From Trichoplax adhaerens (lineage: Eukaryota; Animalia; Placozoa): a DNA stretch of 64,000 nt. Location: assembly GCF_000150275.1 (NCBI RefSeq), contig NW_002060947.1:5802604-5866603 (forward strand), read 5' to 3'. Below, one piece after another: positions 14,393-28,299 of the stretch (the first letter of the stretch is position 1; the number at the start of each line of letters is the position of its first letter). Below the pieces are notes generated by a model. That model was not told the DNA's origin. It did no database searches and saw only the letters and a program-made list of their open reading frames with translations. The translations under genes were made by a program, and so were the position numbers.

Positions 14393-14961
14393 TGTGACGG
14401 AGTATAGACTCCATCAATTAATTGTGGCATTAGCCTTGGTAATTAGTAATTAAGATTTTATCAATTGTTAATAACATTTATTTATTAGCTATGGGATAAT
14501 TATAACATTATTAGTAGTCTAATTACACTTGTTGTAGACTCTGTGCAGAGCAATGTGTTTACAGAAGTAATAAGTAATGTTCACGCCATAGTAATCTCTG
14601 TTACTTTGTGCTGAGCCTTTGGTTGTTAATTGGCTCTTAATTAGTTCATAACTCATTAGTGTTGTTTACGCCGTTTGTCAACAAAAGCTGTATGTTTTAG
14701 AGTTGCTTACCTAAGCTGTGCACCGGGTGCAACCTAGCTAGGGTATATAAAGCCCAGCTCTCTCACTAGTAGTTCAGTTGTCGGTTGACCGTGGGGTCAG
14801 AGTAGTCTTGGATGGCAAGACTACCTTCGCTCAATAAAACTATTTCAAAGCCCTAAGACTAGTCTACGCTTAGCCCGTTGGGGTATACTTGGCTGTTGTA
14901 GCCCTAGCATTCATACAAACTTCGAAGGCCCAGGTCTCCCTGTCGTGGGCTGACTACGACA
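14393..14961 (+). mobile_element. Solo-LTR-like element, family B
   Basis: TGT...ACA ends, 5-bp TSD GTTAT, TATATAAA 14744-14751, AATAAA 14833-14838. The empty site is visible in the duplicate at ~16838-16842. Confidence 0.85.
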
Positions 14962-15920
14962 GTTATCTATTTTCCATGAATTGATGTAGTTAAAATGTAA
15001 ATTAAAAAAATTTTTAATAAAGTTTGAATTTCATAATTTATTTTTGATAATTATTATTACTAGGACAAGTTTGTAAATATTGTAGCATCATGACAATATC
15101 GGATTTATCAATACTTAGAGATAAACAACATATAAATATCGGACAGGGTGGATTTGATAGCAAGTTTACAGTTTTAATTCCTTCATAGCAAACTTGGGTT
15201 TGCTAGATGATGTATAATGACATACTGTCCCATCCAAATTCCTGCGAGTTAACTTGCTTTAACAAATAAATTGAATTGTATTATATTTTTATTATTTCTA
15301 TTACGGTCAATTGTATTCGTTTGTATCATAATAATAAATAGTTGCAAGTAAAACAGATGATACAAATAATTTATTAAATTAAGCTGTTTACGTTTTTGAC
15401 ATGCTACCGAATCATTAATGACTTTCTTGTACGATATTACGAATACGCTGATGTACGAAGAGATGAGTAAATAGTCTAAACTGTAATTATGTTATTGACT
15501 GACTAGTAGANNNNNNNNNNNNNNNNNNNNNNNNNNNNNNNNNNNNNNNNNNNNNNNNNNTTCTAGACTACAAATACTATAAATAATTAATGTATGTTAC
15601 CAAACCGTATACTAGGCTGTCAAGTAGTAACTTTACGTTCCTCCGGAAGTATTTATCTGTACTAATTTTCGAGTGATGAGTGTATCTATACTAGTTTATA
15701 TGTTGGTATAAATGACAGTATTCTGCTCATAATATGATCTATTCCCGATAATTTAGATTAATGTGGTTAAAATTTAAATTAAAAAAGTTTTTAATAAAGT
15801 TCGAATTTCATGATTTGATTCAGGTGAGCTTGTAATAATTTTTTCATCGTGATGATATCGGATTTGTTAATACTTAGAGTTATAATGCAAGTAAAAGTCA
15901 GAAAGGGTAGGTCTAATAGT

Positions 15921-16541
15921 TGTTACGAGCTAGGAATAGCCCTAACTTGCAACAAGGATTGAGATAGTGATTTCTACCCTTTACTACTGTAATTTGGAAT
16001 TCTAGACAATTGATATTCCAACGCAGTTAGGGTTCAACACAGGGAGACCTTCAAGACTTACTAGAAAATCACAATCTAATTTATTGTCGGCGAACTCGCC
16101 GCTTATATAGGTTTCGGAGCTAAAACTGGTTTAGCTACACAAGTCACCTCGTCTATTAGAAATTAACCAAATTAATACCCTAAAGAGATTCTATCTGCAT
16201 AGATTAGATGCAGTCTAATCCTATTAAATTTACTATAACAGCATTAAAATAATCAATGCTTATTAATAGTTTAACAAATATATATAAAGCTATCCTACTA
16301 AGCCATTTCCTCCAAACTTAGGAATTGTATTTTGAACCTTAACAACCTTGGAGGTGATAGATATAATCCAGTTTAGCTGGTTGGCAATTACTATTTTAGT
16401 CTATGCAATCCTAAATTAAGGATATCAACTGTTATACGCTAAAATTACAATTAAGGAGACTGTAGAACATTTCTGAGATATAAACATATATAGAATGTAA
16501 ATAGAAATAAAGTATACGTCACGAAGATTACTTTCGTGACA
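15921..16541 (-). mobile_element. Solo-LTR-like element, family A (full 621 bp)
   Basis: TGTTACG...CGTGACA ends with TAGT on both flanks. On the minus strand TATATAA (16109-16103) is followed by AATAAA (16085-16080). The older paralogous repeat subunit (~17045) lacks the element. Confidence 0.8.
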
Positions 16542-19500
16542 TAGTATATTGTAATTTTAATACCCTCATTGCTAACTTCAGTTTGAGATAAGGTATATAA
16601 CAAACTGCCGTCGTATTCAAATTCTTACGATTAATCTTATTTTAACTGCTAAATTGAATTATGTTTGTACTTTCTTAATTTTATTACGCTGAGTTAACCT
16701 GTAAGGCCTGTTAAGCAGTATCGCAACATTTACGATCCTCCTGAGAAAATTATCTGTACTAATTTCTAAATTTACTAATGATGAGTTTATCTATACTAGT
16801 TTACGTTTCTGTATAGATAACCGTATTCTTTAGAGAATATTATCTATTTCCCATGATTAAAATTGATGCAGTTAAAATGTAAATTAAAAAAATTTTTAAT
16901 GAAGTTTGAATTTCATAATTTATTTTTGATAAGCGAGTAATTATTATTACTAGAGCAAGTTTGTAAATATTGTAGCATCATGACAATATCGGATTTATCA
17001 ATACTTAGAGATAAACAACATATAAATATCGGAAAGGGTAGGTTTGATAGCAGGTTTGCAGTTTTAATTCCTTCATAGCAAACTTGGGTTTGCTAGATGA
17101 TGTATAACGACATACTGTCCCATCCAAATTCCTGCGAGTTAACTTGCTTTAACAAATAAATTGAATTGTATTATATTTTTATTATTTCTATTACGGTCAA
17201 TTGTATTCGTTTATATCATAATAATAAATAGTTGCAAGTAAAACAGATGATACAAATAATTTATTAAATTAAGCTGTTTACGTTTTTGACATGCTACCGA
17301 ATCATTAATGACTTTCTTGTACGATATAACGAATACGCTGATGTGCAAAGAGATGAGTAAATAGTCTAAACTGTAATTATGTTATTGACTGACTAGTAGA
17401 TACGGGAAATCCAGCTATAATCCAAGCAAAATTACTGACACACTGTTTGTCCTCTTTATTAAAGAAATATACGTATGCTATCTTTTTTACTATTCAACTG
17501 ATGTAATGAAACTAAGGAGCTGTAAGATTTTGCCAACAAAATTTACTTAAACTCTTCCAATATTATACCAGTTTGCTTTCAAATAAGCTACATCTCTCGT
17601 AAATTAAAAAGAAATACATGTTTAGTTTATCAAGTTCCAACATTCTTTATTATTAGCATAATATAATATTAAGCATTGCTTTAATAGTCAATAATCTTCC
17701 AAATATTTCTTGAAATAAGCTAGAAAGTTGTAATTATCTGAGACTAAATACAATCTTCCTAGGAAAGGGACTCATGCAATGATCGAATGAAATTATAAGT
17801 GATCGCAACTTAAATAATTGCGGATGGAATTAACATTAATTGTTTAAAAATTAATAATTTACTTGCATGAAAAGATTATTTTTTAAGTCTTTCTATTAGA
17901 AAAGGCGGATAAACAAACTATTCAAGCTGAAAATAAAATTTCTCCATTATCTATTTCCAGACAGAAGATAAATAATGTAGCTAAACTATCGCAAGCAAGC
18001 ATTTTAATGATTTGCTAAGAAGGAAAGCGCTTGCAAACTTCGCTATTTATCTGAGCCAGCCTTACCATCAATTTATCTTTCATCTCTAAATTCAGTCTTT
18101 GTATAGTAGAATAGCAAAAGATATAACTATGATGGAATTACAGAAGATATTATAAATTAAAATTGGTAACATTGCTCTATCATACTTCTACTATTGTCTT
18201 CATTTCCTGGAAATTACTAGAAACTTATGAGATTGGACAAACATGTCTTCACAACTTTCCGTTCATAATAAAAAATTAAATTCGGCTTTGTTATTTCAAG
18301 CAAACAATAGTTAGTTGTTTATTCTATCAATGGCTGTATCTTGTTTGCTATCTGCGCATTTCGGTATCTGTAAAAATACAGTTATGCTTTAAGAAGAAAC
18401 TTCATCAGCTAGTACAGCCAATAATTTTATTTAACACCAACGGTAGTGTGCTATCTAATACCGTAAGTACGCTTTGAAATATCTGACTTTGTGCTATGTA
18501 TTCACCTGAAATCATTCTTATCCAGTTAATAACTGCTATTGTCTACGATTTTAAGAGGAGCATGGTATCTGCCCAAATTGGTAAGAGTAATATATCACAG
18601 ACACAGAAAAAGTAAAGACTGTAAGACCATGAACAAAATTCGACAAACAATTTAGTCACGTTTCTAAATTGAATGGAATATTTTGCCCTTGCACGAGTTG
18701 CACACGTTGCTGCATAGGTCCGGTTTTAACGTAAAATTAATAATTGATGATAAAAAATGATGAATTAACATAGTAAATATCATAATGAAAGTATATAAGC
18801 CACTAAATATAGTTAATGTAAAGACCTACAGTTTTACTCTAACAATAAACCTCTGATGTTAAAAATATGTCTTCAATGCCTTTCTGAAATGTAGTAGTAC
18901 GTCAATGAAGCTGGATTATCATGAGTTCCCTTAGAGTTAGTAGCGTGATTTTAGCAAAATTTAATGATTTTGGAATCTAACTATGAGTAATTCAATCTAT
19001 AGTTGAGTCTTTCGTTTCATCCTTATACCTTAGACAGAAGCTGAATAACCTAGTGGTTGTGAATATGATCGATTAAATTTCAAAATTACTAGTTACATTA
19101 ACCAAGATAATGTCGGAGCAGTTTAAAATATTAACATTAAATAAAATTTAGCATTGCTGCTGTAATACCTAGAGATGCGAATTTTATATACCAATTGCTT
19201 CGCACTTAACAAATCACTTGCAATTATCTGTGTAAAACATTCTTTTAATAAATAAGTTTACATTGGATAGATAACTATTTTATATGTAATTTCGATATGG
19301 ACGGTTCTAATGATTAATGATGACAACTTTGCTTAGGATATGATTGAATTCTGCCATTTTAACCACTGAGATGCATGGAAGAAGATAGTTTGAGTCGGCT
19401 TATTCATTTCTAAAATCTCTTCATTTGTTCCTACGTTCTGGAAATTCGAAATTTGATGGTCCGGTACTATGATGTTGGGAAGATTGCGGTTACAATTATT

Positions 19501-20429
19501 TCTATCACTTTCGGTATGAAATTTGATTTCCTTTGAAATAATGAGCATTACAGAATTCTATACTTCTTGCTTTCCATGTGCTCTAACTTTGAAATATAAC
19601 TAATTATTTATCGTAGTCATAAACTAGCTCTATGACATGATAATGAAAAAGCTAAAAGTACAAATTCTCTCTAAACTGTTAGCAATATTAAGCCACTAAA
19701 ATCCGTCTAAGAAATACTTGGGAACACTCACACGTACCCCTAATTCTACTAATCCTCAATGATCTGCACGCCTTTAGCTTTATGTTAACTACTATGCTTA
19801 AGAACTAACTATATTATAAAAAATACTGCGCTGATATACCCCTTTAGCAATAACTTAAAATTATTATTAGTACCGGTATCAAAATGCCAATAAAATTAGA
19901 TATTAAATTCATATGTAAATAATTACTACGGTGATACTTAACAACATCGGTTTCCGATTACTAACACAGGACAGTCAGATTATAATATGTTCATTCACAG
20001 AATCAACTAGGCAAAATATGCAATCTAATGTGAATTAATCATAATTACGTATTGCGGCACAAGATGTGTAATGTATGAATTATCTCATAATCTGGGTAAA
20101 GCTATCTGTCAATAAATATCACTATCTTCTCTACGGTGAGAAAGCACTATGATAATTTATCATGAGAATTCTATTTATAAATTGCAATGCTAATCATTTA
20201 AGTTACTTTCATATTTTGATCTATTTTATAATTTAGTTTTATTTCATAATAGGTTATACAAAACTTAACATGACTGAATTCCTTTATTCCTGTATACTCG
20301 ATTCATATTTGACCGTAAATATATATATATGTGAGGGTTTGATTGTTGATTAACTATAATCATATTGTAAGCAGTGCATTTACTGGTAATTGTAATAAAC
20401 GTGTTCTACTAATGGTCATTAGAGAGTAG

Positions 20430-20645
20430 ATCACACAAGTAATTTTATAATTGTAGATTTTATTACTGATTCTCTATCGATTAAGATACTGCGTAATAGT
20501 ACAACAAGCTCTGACAGACAAGGAAAACTTCTTACGAAAGCAGATCTTAGAAAAGAAGAACTAAGAATAATAATAACACAAAAGCGTAGCTGCTTAAATA
20601 CGTAATTTAACTTGTTTACAATATAACAATTGCGAAAAGCATCTT
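20430..20645. repeat. Dispersed repeat, inverted copy at ~35825-36040
   Basis: GACAGACAAGGAAAACTTC...AGCAGATCTTAGAAAAGAAG...AAAAGCGTAGCTGCTTAAATA matches the reverse complement of 35860-35955. Confidence 0.75.
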
Positions 20646-21438
20646 TTAACACTTACAAAACTTATTATGAGAATAAAATTCTACGATTAGTATCATATTC
20701 TACGAAGCTGAAATCAAAGCGCATAAAATCTTGACAATAATAGCATATCTAACAGCATCACTACACTCTTATTTTTCTAATCTGCTATGTTTCTATAAGC
20801 TTACGTTTTTACTAATGACTAGGTACATTTGCGTATAATCATTATTTTCTCATTTTAATTTATTCCTGGATTTGAGAGTTTTCTAGTTACTAACTATTCT
20901 TATTAGCTGTACATTCGCTACTTCTTTAAGTCGATTTGCGTACAAATTTAAAAATTCAGAATTTCAGCATTACCATAAAGCAGCACTTATTTAGTATTCT
21001 ATTTTGTAATGTCAGAATACTTAATTCGTGGGTGACTAGCCCTTTGTTGTATTTATCACTCCTTATTTTGATTGAATTTAGTTTATTGCCTTAGAATCGA
21101 ATAGGCTGGATAAAGCGATACCTGAATATATTTATTATTTGCTGTTTTGGTTAATTTTTTAATTCACTGGCGACTTACTATAATTTGTTAGTATCTGATT
21201 AGCTAAACCTTGCAGCACAAAGTTTAATTAGCCTTAAGCCATTTTTAAAAGTTTTCATTACTGATCTTTTTTTATCTATTTCAGTAGATTCAAATTTAAT
21301 TAGTGAAATATTTTTGAAGCATATATATTACTTTATGTATTTCAACTCGTTCCGTGTGAAGTACAGTTTTATAAATGGCTACTTACGTGTACAATTTTCT
21401 TCGATTTTGATCCTTTTTCATAATTTTATTATTCTTAG

Positions 21439-23726
21439 ATAATTACTGCAGTACAGCGGATGCTGTTTGGATTGCCATTAGGAAGTGAGTGCTCTATTTA
21501 ATATTATATTAACTAGAGCACGCTATTAAATATCTCCCGGCGATAACCTTACAAATTTTTATAGTTCTAAAGGAGATTGATGTTGGTTAATTTCTGATCA
21601 CTAGATATTTGTACTTTTCTGTTATCGTTTATAAAATTAGTAATTCGCTCCCAATTTTATGCATAATGAATAAATAGTGGACAAATCTTGGATTCGAAGC
21701 TATCCAACTTATCCAGTCTGCCATCATATTCCTGATATTCAGATGAAATTTTCTCAAGCTCGCACATACTGTCAGTCATACGGTGGCGATTTGGCTATAT
21801 TCCAGTCTGGGAACATGAGCATTTATTTCAATTTTAAGACTATATTCTATAGCAATTTTGGCTTGCAAAATGATACCTGGATAGGACTGACTGATCTTCG
21901 CATATCAGAATCGGAAAATCAAGCTCAGTGGATTAATGGCCAGATAGCAAACACATCTAATTTACAACCAGGTCAACCTGATGGCGCAACAGAAGATTGC
22001 TATGCGATTAATGGAACTGGAAATCAAGAATGGTTTGATGATTACTGCAATAAATTGAAATATTTTGTATGTGAGAAAGGTACGCTGATATGATAGAATT
22101 TGGATGGTCATTAATAAATTAGATTGATGACGAATTTTAAGATTAAGATACAGAATTAGTTAACCTATATAATTAAATGTCATGTACTGTGATCGAGGTC
22201 AATATCATCAAGATAAAGATTGTTAATATATTCATTTTTCATATTTTTGAATTAGTTTGTAATGATTCTCACATTCAGTACGAAAATCGACACTTTTTTG
22301 TCTATGAATCTTGGGTAACTATGATAGTAGTCGACAAATTTGCCAGAATTACACCGAAGGAGGAGATTTTGCAATGCTAGATAATGCTGAGATAAATAAT
22401 GTCTTCAATCATTATTTATATTTATGGTCCTCTTCGATGTGGATGGGACTGAGAGATATTAATAACGAAGATAATATAAATAAATTTGTTTGGGTTGATG
22501 GTACTTTGGCCGATACATATACAAATTGGGGTGCCTATATACCATTATCAGATCGAGATTGTGGTCTTATGGCAAGAATTGGTCAGGATTATAAATGGCT
22601 AAACCTTGCATGTAATATATTTTTGGCATCACTTTGTGAGTTCGGTAAGTGTAATCTTCATTTGTAATCCGCCTTTATTAAAGTAATATTGAATAATGAT
22701 AATCTATATTTATATCATTCATTAGATCTCATTTCTTTCATTAGAATCAGCTTCTACACCAGTCTCACCTACTTCTGCTCCTTCTGCTATTACTACAGTG
22801 CTTTCTCACTACTATAAACAAATGGATATTGAAGCTGAATATACAGGTGCGACGGATATTGGTAGAATTTGAGAATAATTTAGACTAGTTTATAAACATT
22901 TAACAGGGCATAGATTCGCATAAATTATAATTGAACGTATAAGTCATATTCAGTATTATTAAAACTGAATCGAATTTATTCAAGCTCCTGTTTGTATAGA
23001 ATTTATTACTTTATAATTCTATAAAAATAGATAGATAGTATATTAATCTAATAATAAATATAAAGTAATATACCTGATTTTAATGTAATTTAATCGGATA
23101 CAAAATAATTGATATTCTACTGTTGCGATACTGTAGCGATTTTCAGATACATTGAATCCACTAGATGAGCTAGCTTATGGACAATGCAGTCTTTTGACCA
23201 ACGTCCTGTTTTAAGTCATACTTTCTTTAGATATACTGTATACCTTACTACCGAAGCATACTATTGATAGCAAAGAGACATCGGACTGATACCTAAATTT
23301 TGCGTAGTACCATACCTGCTAGTAGCCTATTGGTTGAATAAATATTGCATTTTGTGATAATTGTGCAAATTTTGCTATTCATAAGGCTATTTTTTTACGA
23401 CCGTGGTGATCGATTGATTATATTGTTAGTTTGGTAGTGTATATTTATAATGAAGGAAGTGGTAAATGCTAAAGAATAGCAGATAAAATATATGTTATAC
23501 ATATTTATTGTTATGCTATTTAATGTTAAACATAGCTACTGGTACTTTTGGACTCCTTGCTTCATCTAATACTTCCACACTGGTGCCAATAATTTCTTAC
23601 CACGGGGTTTCACGCCTTCAGTGCGCTTTTTATTGCATGAAAAATACTATGTGTATTCAGTTTACCTACAATTATACCGTAGGTAATACTTCTAATGAAA
23701 ATATTTGCACCCACTATTCAAACTAA
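21439..23726 (+). pseudogene. Unit 3: C-type lectin/PAN gene with a single frameshift (pseudogene or sequencing error)
   Basis: Exons: 21439-21484 (IITAVQRMLFGLPLG), 21678-22079 (CTLD1 with QPD), 22256-22644 (CTLD2, 1 nt missing at ~22308-22311), 22745-22846 (STPVSPTSAPSAITT), 23536-23726 (PAN). The first coding exon was not located. Confidence 0.8.
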
Positions 23727-25548
23727 AATTATAGTCTGGCAATGATCTTCTCAGAGTTTACATTAGAATTTACCTTACATTGTACTTTAAAAAAAGTTAT
23801 GATATTTAATGAGCCGAAATTGCTAATAGCACGTTAAATAGACTTTGCAATTTTGACTAAAATCACTTTAGATTTCATGACTATAGTTAAAGACTGGAAC
23901 GATGTAATCATAATGACATAGAAGTTTTACGTAATTTCAAGTATACAAAAACTGAATGTCAATTTAAATGCTTAGATGCATAGTTGGTAAGTATATTCTC
24001 GGTTATTGCTGTAAATATCAGTTACCACAATTAAGCTTTTGATTATTTGATATGTAGTGTCTTTTAATTTAAAATTCTCATTTAATTATGCTGCAATTGG
24101 AAAAATAGGAGATCTTTGTTGTCGCTAAAATATATCGTCTACTGTATGAGTTGATCGTATTGGCCTGTATGTAGTACTGATAAATGTAAACTTTATTATA
24201 CCTTTCTTAAAAATTTGTTAACATTCAATTACGACTGAAGTCCGCGACTCCAATTTGTTTTCATAATCAAATGACGACTGATCCATCATGTTATATTAGA
24301 ATACTCTTCTATTAGATAGTGATAAACGGCTCTAAGTCTCTAAATTTTGCACTTTATTTGAATTTGGGAGACATTAAATTATAATAAAGACCCTGAAAGT
24401 CACTGAATTACGGTGTGCTACGTCGACTAATCTTAGTCGTACTTCATTAAAGGTTTTATTGCAGATACTCAAAGTTGTAAGTCAAAATACCAATTTGTAA
24501 CATTCGCTGCTATTACTTTCAATGTAAGACCTGCAAATAGAATACTCAGTATATCATCCTAGAAGACCTTAAAGAGTAGATTATTTAATTCATGTACACT
24601 TTTAGCCGAGATATCGAATTGAACAATTAAAGTTAGGATATACGGGTATCTGTAATGTGGCTGAAATTTTTGTAAGTGGAATACACCTTCCATTCTTTGA
24701 TAATAAATTATGATTGTGGTATGAATTTTGCATAGATTAGCATACGATAGGAGTTATAATTAATTATACAATATTTCACAAACAGTAACCAGTTCTGATT
24801 CTTTTTCAAACTGGAATGACTAGTCAACCGGGGAGACCCTTTTAAGGATTTATTACGTAAGTTATAACAAAATAAATAATTTAAAACTGTTCAATATTGA
24901 GAATAAATTTGTGATACTAATGATACTTTTCAAGCTCATTATTAATGCAAAACCCAATCCTCTACCGTAACGAAAATATTTCTACAAATTAGTTCTACCA
25001 GCAGTCAATGCTATTAAAATTAATTACATGAAGATAAATGAATACCGAACATTAGAGCCACGTATACTAGGTACGGTCTGAGTAGATATATTTCGTCTTC
25101 TTATACTAGATGAGATAATAATGTTAGGGAAGCTATATTAATTTGATTTGGGTTATATTGTAAAACATACTTTTACGCACTTTCATCGGCAAGTTCATAG
25201 ATAAGTTGTTGGTTTGTAGCCACTGAACAATTCTGCCTAAACATTCTAAACCGTAAATCGATTGTTGACTAATCTTAAAGATTATAACCTTTCATTAATC
25301 TCGGATATTTATTGACGTACTATGGCGGAGAATATTTTGCGTCCGCATTTTCCTTTTATCTATATATTTTTAATTCCTTAAATGATACTGAAATTAGTAA
25401 ATAATTAAAGGGTTCACTGTGCTTTTACTTGTATATGGCTAGTCTTATTGTATTTTCTAGTTATTGTCTTAAAGCTATCTGCCGATTTCGACTTTACCTA
25501 ATTTGTTCGTAAGCATTTTTAACGAATCGGATTCTTCACGTAACAGTT

Positions 25549-28299
25549 ATGAAGAAGTTTCTTATGATTGTAGTAAATGAATACTCATTTCTCACCTTGC
25601 TGGTAAGCCAATCATAGCTTTTATCATCACACTGTTCTATTTAAATGAAACGTGTCCATTTTCTAGAGGATGATTTCCCTCCTCTTCATTATACCGATAT
25701 CGATCACTTACTAGTAATTAATATTACTTCACTTGGTTTACTGCTAAGCTTAGTCCAAATTTTATACTTTCCATGATATCATAGATTTTCGTATCGATTT
25801 TAATTGGCTTTGGAACTGGATTACCACATTTGCGTATGTATAAATGGTTATTCCTTTTCGTATATTTCCTTTAAAAAGTTTATTTGATCACATTAATATT
25901 AAGATTGCATTTTTTTGATTATTTGTTAATTTCTCGTGATGTATAATAATTTTAAGACTATCTTATGTTAATTAGTTGAAAAATTTTGGTTTCGAACCGA
26001 CAATACAACATCATCATGTTTTAGAGTCCCGAATTTGAAACTAAATTTCGATGCCTCTCGAATAGCGTGTATTGCTTTGGATGGCGATATTGCAGTTATG
26101 AATACGGCAGAAAAGTATAAAAATTTTACCAACTTCTTTTACGGTAAGCTTGGCCTCGATCAGGACTTATCAATAGGACTTAAAAATTATCATACAAACA
26201 ACGGCAGAATAATGCAGCGATGGATCAATAACGCTTCCGTAGTCTATACCAATTTCTNNNNNNNNNNNNNNNNNNNNNNNNNNNNNNNNNNNNNNNNNNN
26301 NNNNNNNNNNNNNNNNNNNNNNNNNNNNNNNNNNNNNNNNNNNNNNNNNNNNNNNNNNNNNNNNNNNNNNNNNNNNNNNNNNNNNNNNNNNNNNNNNNNN
26401 NNNNNNNNNNNNNNNNNNNNNNNNNNNNNNNNTACCGGTAAGATATGTTATACATAAGGGCAGTAGTCGTATAATAATTTCTGTTATAGCTGAAAAACGG
26501 TTATACTCATATATCATTGTTGGTTGTTTATCAAGAAAATATTTCATAACTTTTAGATTAGTAGTAGTAAAAAAATAAATGGGTATAGAATTTGTTGAGG
26601 ATGTGGCGTATTTACATCATTCTGTTATAATGTAGCTCTCGGATTTCAGTTAATCATATCGATCCTAAATCTCTTATTGCGCAATTCCATAAGTATTTTC
26701 AGAATAGATAATTTCTCTCTTTGCTACTTAATAATTGTATTAAATGGGGAAGGGTTACAATTCATTTAGTACTTCAGGTATTCATGACAACGCTAGAAAC
26801 CCTTAAAAATTGCCACTTATTTATTTCTCTTTAAGAATGGATAAATTCAAACTTATCTTGCAAAAGTGACTATTTGAATGCAAATAGATTATATTTCATT
26901 CGAATTTAAGTTATTTTTTTCCATTATTAGGCACTAGTACTTATTACGTTTATAATTTACTCTAGGAATAGCAATAACATTAACCCTATAAAATTTTGTG
27001 CTTACTATAAGCAATTTATTTCCTGTGTATGTTTTCATCATTCTTATTGGTTGCAAAGATTTATCCATAAGTTTTCTTTCTTGATTCTTCCATAACGTTA
27101 CATATAAAGCACTTTATTATCGTATTTAACATTACCTGAAAACGATAATAAATTTACTCTAAAGGTCTTTATGCTTTGCTCATGTTGTGATTTTGACACT
27201 ATTACAACCGCAGTGTTTCAAATAGTGATTGTTTGATAACATATTGTGAAATACTAAAGTGCAACAGCCTAAAAGTTAAGTTACGATTCAGGGTGAATAC
27301 TACATTTTAGTAGCTACTAGCAATTTAGGTAGNNNNNNNNNNNNNNNNNNNNNNNNNNNNNNNNNNNNNNNNNNNNNNNNNNGTGTATTTACTCCTACCT
27401 ATGTACATACTTTATATGTAATCACGGCATAATTATCAAGGCTACGGATCAAATTAGTGGAGTTACATCAGTTNTATGTTGTCACAGTTCAAAAATCAAG
27501 CTAAATTACGATATAGATAATACTAGTATTTACCCGTATAATCATATTATGACACTTAGTAATTTTCTATACGTAATTAGCATAAGCCATATATGAGAGT
27601 ATCTATGGCAATATAATTTGCATTAGAATGATAAATTTTTGAAGCAATGGCTTATTTTGAGCGGGTTCTATATTCTTCATTGAAATGCTATGTCAGCATT
27701 AGATTTTGTCAATATGAATAAAGATATTCGATCTTTATATCTGTGAGAAAATAAGATTTTTATCGAAGGTTTAATATGTAGAGTGAGTTATTCTAGCAAG
27801 GATGTGCTGTTATTTAATATTTAAGATAGGGTTGTGTACGTTCCTGAAGCTTTTAGACTGGTAAAATTCGAAATCACATATACATTGTAGAATGGCAACA
27901 ACGAGTTGCCAGTTACTGATATTGGCATGTCAACATATGCAATTATCATTATTATTTTCTATATTTACTAATAGTAGCATTAACAATGAAGTTAAGAACT
28001 TAGATTTTAGTAAAATCTCTTTACTAGTTATTGTAGTTAATCAAATCATGGTAAAAATATATAAATATGTCTTAGTTTTAGCTTACGAGCATTATTCTCT
28101 TGCAGCAGATACAATCTACAAGCAAATTCAATCTTCTACTGCTGGTTTGCGAACAATATCTTCTCTTAATGGTATTTCTCTTAATCGATGTGCCGTCTAC
28201 TGCAGCATGATTTTAGCCTGCGATGAATTTATTTATAAGAGTTTTATGGTTAATGATATTTCAGAAAATGTATGTACAATATTAACAGCATCTTCTTGA
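25549..28299 (+). CDS. Unit 4: C-type lectin/PAN gene, partly hidden by assembly gaps
   Basis: Exons: 25549-25602 (MKKFLMIVVNEYSFLTLL), 25785-25833 (IFVSILIGFGTGLPHL), CTLD1 from 25976 into the gap at 26258, an exon end TACCG|GTAAG at 26437, and PAN exon 28106-28299 (CAVYCSMILACDEFIY...CTIL). CTLD2 is not visible. Confidence 0.75.

Larger units (their letters stand above)
13368..17400. repeat. Near-identical direct duplication (13368-15510 vs 15561-17400) flanking a 50-N gap
   Basis: Both copies start TTCTAGACTACAAATACT and end GACTGACTAGTAGA. They differ by scattered substitutions, one 569-bp insertion and one ~260-bp deletion. Each copy also contains an older degenerate internal duplication. 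Confidence 0.9.

Noticed and set aside
19333-19548. Short isolated ORFs (also 15-266, 9853-10056, 36806-37000, 39525-39707, 41443-41634, 61581-61778)
   Set aside because: No recognisable domain or consistent exon chain, and their lengths are expected by chance.
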